Shown: piece by piece, positions 55,134 to 64,000 of the stretch
Layout of the letters: every line of letters begins with the position of its first letter
How positions within the stretch are numbered: position 1 is the first letter of the stretch
Assembly (NCBI GenBank): GCA_013239625.1
Contig: MU053083.1
Span: 62,001 to 126,000, forward strand
Source of the DNA: Lama guanicoe
Taxonomy: Eukaryota
Length of the DNA stretch: 64,000 nt
Reading direction: 5' to 3'
The notes under the pieces: generated by a model
Database searches by the model: none
The model's input: only the letters and a program-made list of their open reading frames with translations
What the model was told of the DNA's origin: nothing
Position numbers and translations under genes: made by a program

Positions 55134-56658
55134 GTCAGTGTCCAGGCTGAAGATGGTGGTTTGCGGGGGCACTGAGTGAAGCCAGCAGCCCACCGTTGCC
55201 TCTCTCTGTCTGGGTTTTGCAGTAGCAAGTTCTCCAAAATCTCCAGCTCTGAAGGTAAATGATTCAAGTGCAGAAGCAGCTTGCCTGTGTAGCAGGGGTG
55301 CCTGGGCAGTTTCTCAAGAAGGATGCTTGGGCTCACAGCAGGAAGCCTAGAAATCCCGTGTAGCCCTCCAGCCGCTCCCTGCTAAACCTCCAGGGAACAC
55401 TGGCATTTTCAGAGGACTTGACCAGAGATGCTAGGAAGACATCCTGCCTCAGCTGAGGGCAGGTTGACCCCATCCTGGAGTGAGGTTCAGGGATGCAACT
55501 TGAACACAGGCTCTCTTCAGACCTTTCCAAGGGGCTGGGTGCCTGCTGCCCAGGGTGGGGGCACAGGGAGGGTGCTGACAGTCACCACCTTCCGAGGTGA
55601 GACACTAGGCTGGGCCAGGGCTGCTCGCGGGGCTCTGATGGGGTTCAGGAGCACCACCTGAAGGCCCAAGGCTCTTCACGGATGTGCTGGTAGCTCTTGC
55701 AGTCACAGGCTGCCTGCTGAGGCCCAGCCGCACAGAGGGTGGGGTCACATGGTGGGAAGTAAGATTTCTGAGGGACATTAGTCCTCAGTGAGAGAAAGAC
55801 TGACAGCTCCCAGCAGGCCCGAGCCCTTGGTCCCCAGTTCTCAGACGCTGCCACTCAGGGTGCAAGCCGTCCTCAGAAGCATGGAGTCCCGCCCAGCTCT
55901 GAGCCCCGCTGCCTGACCCGTTCCCTTCTGTGAGGGCCCGCGCCAGCCCGCACATCCCAGCTCCGTGCCAGGCCTTCTCTGCCATGGGCTCCGTGGTCAC
56001 TTTTATCCACTCCTGGCCCTAAACGTACATCATCGCCTGCTCACGACCCTCAGGGCTGCGTCTCCTGCCCTGACCTCTTTTGTGAGCTCCAGGGGGGCTC
56101 GTGCCAGTCTAGGTGGTGTCGCTTCCTGAATTAGCACACTCAGCCCCCGCCGGCCACTTTCTGTTCAGCTTCCTTGTCGCCATAGCTCACCCCTCTGCCT
56201 GACATTTACGTCATGACCACACTGACCTGACGGAACGTGCTCCACAAAGCCATGGTCCTGGTGCACGAGCTGCAGTGTTGCTATTCAGGTTGTTGATCAA
56301 CCTTTATCATTTAGTTACAGCTTGTTGCCATTTTCCAGAGCTCAAATTGTTGCACACCTGGCCTCTGTAGATAAATGGGATACCAGAATATTTCACTGGC
56401 ATGCTCTCTGCCACTCCTTCTGTCTGAGTGCTGATAGCTGAGAACCTGCCCGGCCAGGTCACAGTAGAGCCCAGGGCTCTGTGTCACTTGGTGTTGTAGG
56501 CATAGAGAAGACTTGTCCTCCGCGTGCATGCCTCTGATCAGGGGACCGGGACGAGGTCGCGTACCATCCCCAGCAGTGGAGAGGCAGTGAGTCTCATCTC
56601 TGCTCGTGACTGGCGAGGGCCCGCCTGTCACTGGGTCTGCTTGGGGACTGCTGGGTGA

Positions 56659-56850
<192 letters not shown>

Positions 56851-58816
56851 TGAAGTGCCCCGTGTCCTCAGCGCTTAGGTCCTCATTCCCTTGTGCCCAG
56901 CAACACGCGTTCCACCTCAGAGCACCTAGGATCTCAGGTTAGAACGGGGGCAGAGGTGTCAGTCATGGAAGGCATCTCGGTCTTGTCCGCACATCATTCT
57001 GAGGTGACATGTGTCCCGAGGAGAGGGTGTGAGGTCTTTGGAACACCCTCTCTGACCTCAGGCTCCAGGCACCTGCTAGCTAGAAGCAGGGGAAAGGCGG
57101 GCCTCCTTGACCCCGAGGGCCCTGGAAAGCATCTAATGAAATAAGTAGATTTGTGGGTAAATGAGTTTACAAAAACCATCCATTGTCTGAGAGCCCCTGT
57201 GACCTTAATTTTCTGAAGCAGCTCTAGAAAAGCCCCATTTCTGTGAATGCTGACAGGACGCACCGTTGTCTTCTAAGCCAGCCAGCTAGCTTGTCCGTTT
57301 TCAGGCAGACGGAGGTGGCCCAAGAGGCACAGGGTGATCGATCTATGTGCAAACCGACCCCTTCATGCTTCCCACTAAGTTCGATTCCTTGGCCTGAGGA
57401 CCATCACTCCATGTTCCACCGTGGACCTCCAGGGTCCTGCTTTATCTAGAGCTCACTGTTCCCACTGTTGGTTCTTGAAAGAGCTCTTCCCATGCTCTGC
57501 ATTCAGCCCAATGACCTAGTAACATATGGCCTCTTTCCACCCTAGTCTCTCCAGGGAAGATTCCAGCCCGTCCCAGACACTGCCCACACTCCCATTTCCC
57601 TGCAGGCCTCCTCGGCTTTCCCTTCTCTCACTCTCCACCCTTCCCAAGGCCAGCACGTGGTGTAAATCAGTATAGCGCAATAATTTTGAAAGCTTCATTC
57701 CACCTTCGGTGCCAGCACAAGTTGCGACAGACTCTTCTCCCTGGGATGATAAAAGCACACACCGAGCCGGCTGTCTTGCTGCCCTGGGAGTGGGCCTTGA
57801 CTCCCTCTCTCTCCTTAGAATCAGAACTTTGCTCGACACCCGCTTTTATTATGAAAGGGGATGGGTTAAACATTAAAGAAGGGGCTTTTACTGTATTAAT
57901 GGGAGACGTGGCCTTCCTTTCGAACCAGATATCCTCTATCACGTAACCCCAATATCACATACAAGCTTTTACTTCAAGCACAGAGCTGCATTTAAGGTTG
58001 TCTCATGGAGGGTCATCACGTGGCCCAACGCTGTGTGCATCCTACACGGAGCGCAGCACAGGGCTGGGGAGGACCCAGAGTTCCGTGACGTTAGGCTGTT
58101 GTTCCACGTGCTTATAGCCCTGGGACAAGACTTGAACTGCGGTGTAACCACATCGTTGTAGACTAACATCTATCTCAGTGATCCCCTCTTCTGCCTGCGT
58201 TTGTTTTCATTAAAACTTGCTTTGTGATTTGACCTAGGACGAGAGGCTCTGCTGGGGGTAGGCACCCTTTTGAAAACACTAGCCTTTCAGCTACTCTTTG
58301 TTCCCCTTGGCCTGAGAGCTAAGCAGACACAATGCTATAGCTGTGGAGTCGTTTCAGTTCATCCATTAATTCTGATACCCAAGGGATAAATCCATATAAA
58401 ATTTCTCATTTTAAAAACATACAGTCTGACCGCGGTACTCCTGTAGGGATTGTGTAATGTAACATTTTAGGCGAACCTGGTATATTGGGAAGAGAAGTGG
58501 GCAAAGGCTCAGAAAGCATGGTAGATCCCTCTTTCCAGGGACCTGCTGCCTTAGGAAAACTCCAGAGATTTGGACTAAATGGTTTAGGCCTCTTTAATTA
58601 AGCAGTTTCAACTTTTCTATCATGCTGAGTTTTTACACGGCCTAAAATTGAAGAGCCATCATGGAGACCTTAGAGAACCTGACAGGGTCTTGTAGAACAT
58701 CATATGAGTAGACAGAGCCTGACAGAGCCCCCCAAATCCCCACAGACAGGGTATTGCCAAAGCGTCTGGAGGCCCAGAAGTCCTGCTGGGCCCGGCAGAC
58801 CACGGCACCTCAGTAA

Positions 58817-59005
<189 letters not shown>

Positions 59006-59729
59006 TAGCCCGCTCTCGTCCTGGGGTCTGAAGTGGAGGTAAGCACTGCCTGCTCGGGGGGGAATGGGTATTTTAGGCGTGGCCAGCAGAAAGCCAGAGC
59101 CCTCCTGGTGAAGGCAGCTGAGGCGGCGTGTGCCATCTGCTCAGAAAGAGCTACGAAATTTTAAACACTGTCCCAGCAAAGTATGCGATGCTCAGGTAGT
59201 GAGAGTCTAGATCACTTTTCCCTTTTCTCTTTTTGTAATATATTGTATTTTTCCCCAAAACTAATTTCCATAGGTAATAAATATAAATTTAGAAGGCATA
59301 AGTGCACATACAGTGAAAAAATATAATCTTCTTGCCCATAGATACTGCTTTCCCTTTTTTCATGAATAAAGTATGTTCATCTAAAAGAACACAGTAGTAA
59401 GCACTCATGCAATAAATACTGAACGTTCTAGCCAAAGCAGTAGTACACTTGGGCAGCTGACATGAAATCAGAACTGAAAAATTAAGAGCAGTTATTCTTT
59501 AAGTTAAAAGAAGAACGACACGTGTGTGCATCACTCACTGTGCTCCTGAAAGGCAGGGAGGAAACGGTCTCCTGGACCTGTGGGTAAAGCCTTCCCCAGG
59601 TTCCTGCAACACAAGTAGGTTGTAAGTGAATTCCAAGTAGGACAGAGTCCTATGTGCCATCCAGAAATACATCCCTTGGGATAAGATTCATTCCGAATCC
59701 TCCTTCCTGTCTGAGCCTCGACTCAGAAT

Positions 59730-59915
59730 AAGGTGATGGTTAACAGCATCAATTCTGGAATCGGACAGACCTGAGTTTAAATCCGGCCCTGCCAGTTCCT
59801 AGCACCATGACCTCGGGCAAGTTACTTATGCCTCAGTTGCCTCATTAGTAAATGGGTTGTTAGACAATTAAAAGGAATATTGAAATATTAAGTGCCTGGC
59901 ATATAGTTGAATTTT
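59730..59915 (+). mobile_element. MIR SINE
   Basis: gatggttaacagc...gacagacctgagtttaaatccggccctgcca...gacctcgggcaagttactt...gcctcagtt...aagtgcctggcatatag. Confidence 0.85.
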
Positions 59916-59963
59916 GTGCAAGAAGTATGACAGACCAGCTAACCTAAGATTTATGTGGTCAGG

Positions 59964-60023
59964 GGTCACGTAGAAGAGCTGTTTTAACAACTGTAGGATG
60001 ATCTCAGGATCCAGGCCCAGGTC
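59964..60023 (-). repeat. Inverted intronic copy of 60 nt of MYO5B exon 37 (60523-60582)
   Basis: Reverse complement reads GACCTGGGCCTGGATCCTGAGATCATCCTACAGTTGTTAAAACAGCTCTTCTACGTGACC vs exon GACCAGGGCCTGGACCCCGAGATCATCCTGCAGGTGTTCAAGCAGCTCTTCTACATGATC: 51/60 identical, no gaps. Confidence 0.96.
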
Positions 60024-60312
60024 AGTGGCTGGGCCAAAACCACACCCAAGTTGCTCAATTCTCAGATTTTGGACTCTCAGCACTGAAGCCAATACAGAAT
60101 TGAATTGCTACATGCCTTTCCCTATGGCCCATCACCAACAAATTTAAGTGAACAGATTTGGTCCAAGTCTTCTATATGGAAATCTTATTCCATGTAGAGG
60201 TCAACACATTAGGAACTTAGGGAATTTGGCATAGAATTTCTAAACATGTTGACTTTGTGCAATTCCACGGGGGATCAAAGGCAAAACCCCAAGTACTATG
60301 TGATCTGAGTGA

Positions 60313-60654
<342 letters not shown>

Positions 60655-61181
60655 TAGGAGAGGCGCCTCGCCCTGGCCCCAAGGATGGAGGGGCCGCACA
60701 CGCCAGCTCCAGCCGGCACGAGCCGCCTGTCTCCGAAAACGAAGTCTAAAGCCAGCTGATGGTCCTTGTCATCACCAGTATGTGACTCAAGCCTGTCACC
60801 TTTTTGTTGGTGAAATTTATCACACACTGAGATGGTGATGTGGTAAACAAATTAATTCAAAGCTTAAACACATTTACATGCCCTAAGATAAAGATTGGAA
60901 AGACAATGAGTTAAGAGGCATGAAGGCTCACATAAAAGTACAAATATGTTTGTGAATGTTAAATGTAAGTTGTTTTAAATTCAATGTAGTTAATATAGAC
61001 CCTTGAAGTACTTCATCTTGGTATGATTTGAAGCCCCCATTCTTTCCACGGAAAGTTACTGAGTGCCAGGCACTTTTCACGCTTTTGCCCAGGTGAGATA
61101 ATTAAGATGAGGAGGATGGTAACACTTCAGAAGAAACCCAAGAGGTGTGTTCATCCCAGTGAGGTAAGGGGACCAGGTTAA

Positions 61182-61460
<279 letters not shown>

Positions 61461-62605
61461 TAGTGTTGCACTCCCGGCCGTTTACACCCCCAGTGACACA
61501 GTTCTGAAGTTTCAGCTGATGCGATGTTCCTAGATGAGCCCAGGACCACTCTGGTCTGTGAAACAAGATGCTACCGTTTTCCAGTAACTCTCTGGTCTCT
61601 CTCGTTCACTTAGAAAGATAAGGCAGTCAACCCACAAAACATCAAGCTTAGCTACCAACTTTTTTAAGCCCCTATGATGAAGTCTGGAAAATCGCTCACC
61701 TAGAAATTAACTTTTCTTTCAGAAACTGGCAGCATCCGGCTTTTGGCATTTTCTTTACAACCATGTTCCATTATAGTTACGTTTTACATTATTTTATATA
61801 AAGTCAGTGAGAACCTAGAAGCATTTAAATGCTCCTTTCCTCCCCCACCCCACTGTATTTATATTAGGACTCAGTTGTAGAGATAGTCTATAAAAAAAGA
61901 TAAACCCCATCCACACCCAGGCAACCTCACCCTCCATCACACATGTGCCTCTTCAGAAATGGGCCCACCACCAGGAAATCACTCACCAGATTAAATCATG
62001 CACTTTCTCCCTGCTCGGCACCTAAAGAACAAAATCCCAAATCAGTAAAGTAAACATTAGTTTTCCTACCTCCCCGCTAACTACTAAACAAACTCTTAAG
62101 AAAACCACTTCCGTCTATATGTGCACCGAAAGTTTTCAGACCTTTTCCCCTTTTAAACTTATTTTGCTTTCATAACTTTGCTTCTAGCCTGCAACTGGCA
62201 TTGCTCTGCATCGGGGCAGGCTACTGCCACCAGACAGTTGGTAGGCAGACAAAGGATTATCTTCCGTTCAGATAGGAAAAACCCTTAGTAAGTGATTGGG
62301 GCGGTGGGGGGAGGCACAAAGGTGTTGTTAAGACCGCTGTTATATAAGGTAAGATACCCAGTACGTTTTTAATGAACCCTTTAAATTACTTACAGATAAG
62401 AGGCTGAGGCTTTCAGGCACCAGTTTCGTAAAATCCTCATTACTTTATAAGCCATGGAGCAGAGGGGGAGAGATGGGTGGATATGTAGGAGACGGGAAGG
62501 AGATAAGATGTGGGGCCGGCTGGCACTCTCTAGAGTCATAAAAGCCCCACCCCTGGGCTCTCTGTGTGCCTGGAGCCTACTGACACCTTAACCCCCACTC
62601 CCCAC

Positions 62606-63045
62606 TGCAGGACCCTTGGCCTACCTGCATCTCTGCAAGGTAGAAACATCTTCTCTGGATGTGTGTTTACCCTAACAAAGCTAAGCCGCCCCAAGAAATA
62701 GCCCCGCTCACAATGCCCTAGGCAGACAGCCCTCATGTCCTGCTATTATCAAAGTCATAAATCCTATTATTCAGAGTTATCCCTAACAGACCTTATAGCC
62801 AGTCAGGTACCTGTGCAAGAACTGATCGTGCAGCCCCCTACTCCTTGTGTTCACAGCCCCCTCTCCCCAATAAAAGACCCTGCGTGCCCATCCTCGGGGC
62901 TCCCGTAGGCACCCCTCATCTGTGTGGCCCACAGTTGTTGGTAGCAGCGTATCTACTAAACCTCCCCTTTATTCTTAACTCCTCGTGGTCTTTGGTTGTT
63001 GGTAAATTCTTTTACCGCCCGCGACCACTGCGTTGTGGCCCACAA
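62606..63045 (+). mobile_element. ERV LTR (ERV1-like), sense orientation, boundaries approximate
   Basis: LTR-like layout: TATA-position caataaaagaccc, ctcggggctc, PAS-position actaaacctcc, U5-like ggtaaattcttttaccgccc; no clean TSD found. Confidence 0.65.
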
Positions 63046-63217
63046 TAGAGAGCTCAGACCTACCGGGCAAAGCTTACAGATTTGAGTTTACTAAATGTAG
63101 ACCCCCTAACATCAGTCCAGCTGCATGTAAGTCGAGGGGTCCTGACTAAAAAGAAGTGTACTCCTGTGCCAAAGTTGTCTGATGTTCATTTAGCTCTGTG
63201 CTGAACTTTGGTTTTAA

Positions 63218-63316
<99 letters not shown>

Positions 63317-63350
63317 TAAATGTTAATTTTATAAAGTCCTAGTCTAAAAC

Positions 63351-63927
63351 TGTTAGAGCAGGCAGATAGCTAGATATGAGCAGAGAAAGTGGAGCACTCA
63401 CCAAATGCAGGAAACCATGTATCATGTAAACAACAGGGGTCCCTGGACAGAGAAAGAAAAGCAGGAATCTCTGGGCTGATAAGCATCACACATTTTGGGG
63501 TGACAAGTGGCCTGGAGGCCGACAAAGAAAGGTAGGAAAAGGCAGGAATCTCTTGTGTCCCAGTATAACCTTTGGCTCAATATACCCTCATTACAATCAG
63601 ATTAGCCTTGCAGATTAGAAGTCCCCATCTTGCACCAACGCCATGACACTTTTGATCCAGACTAAATAAGGACAAAAATCCCTCCCCACTTCGGGAAGGC
63701 GAAGTTGGGATGAAAATCAGGGAATGTGACTCTTCCACCCATTAATTTTTACTCTCTATGTAACCAGCTTGCCAAAGAAACTCAGGGCAGTGGCTCCCCT
63801 GGGCCCGCCCGCTCTCCCCTTGAGAGTGTACTATCCATCCCTTAGCAAATCCTCGCTTTACTTTCTTAACCTTCCTGTCTCGTCTCTGAATTCTTTCTGC
63901 GGCAAGACAAGAACCTACTCTTCAACA
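63351..63927 (+). mobile_element. Solo ERV1-class LTR (577 bp, MER50-like start), sense orientation
   Basis: TGTTAGAGCAGGCAGATAGC...gagagtgtact...tctctgaattctttctgcggcaagacaagaacc...caaCA; near-TSD AAAC (63347-63350) / GAAC (63928-63931). Confidence 0.85.
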
Positions 63928-63978
63928 GAACGAATAAAGAGAATTGAAAGTTTAGATTTTAACCTTGCTTCTCTTAAA

Positions 63979-64000
63979 TACTGACCACATTATATTCTAG
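63979..64000 (+). other. Probable branch point and 3' splice site of the final MYO5B exon (exon itself lies beyond the window)
   Basis: TACTGAC at 63979-63985 followed by ...tatattctAG at the last two bases; only one short terminal exon is still missing from the protein. Confidence 0.6.

Noticed and set aside
59868..60092. Minus-strand 74-aa ORF containing a MYO5B-like peptide, as an antisense gene or processed pseudogene
   Set aside because: Homology is limited to 20 codons of a single exon, the ORF has a non-ATG start and runs into a MIR, and there is no poly(A) or exon junction; better explained as a short inverted duplication.

Overview
Mammalian genomic DNA, not prokaryotic. It covers the 3' half of the unconventional myosin gene MYO5B on the + strand. 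I traced 22 consecutive coding exons (7545-63307; 3307 coding nt, in frame with no stops) from the end of the motor domain through six IQ motifs, the coiled-coil tail (including the alternatively spliced Rab10-binding exon D) and most of the globular cargo-binding (dilute) domain. Exon numbers 18-39 are borrowed from my recollection of the 40-exon human gene. The window appears to end exactly on the acceptor AG of the last exon. Three tRNA-derived SINEs resembling camelid Vic-1 suggest a camelid genome (inference). Introns carry L1, L2, MIR, MLT1/MLT2/MER21-like elements, DNA-transposon fragments and several solo ERV LTRs; repeat family names are recognised from memory and boundaries are approximate unless a TSD is given. 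The most unusual signal is a 60-nt inverted copy of part of exon 37 lying 499 nt upstream in the preceding intron (59964-60023 vs 60523-60582, 51/60 identical). It could fold the pre-mRNA into an exon-intron duplex that loops out the splice acceptor, making it a candidate ADAR editing-complementary or splicing element. Also notable: a GC-AG intron with a competing in-frame GT donor, sense-oriented LTRs bracketing exon 39, two strong CTCF motifs upstream of exon D, and speculative micro/poison exons.
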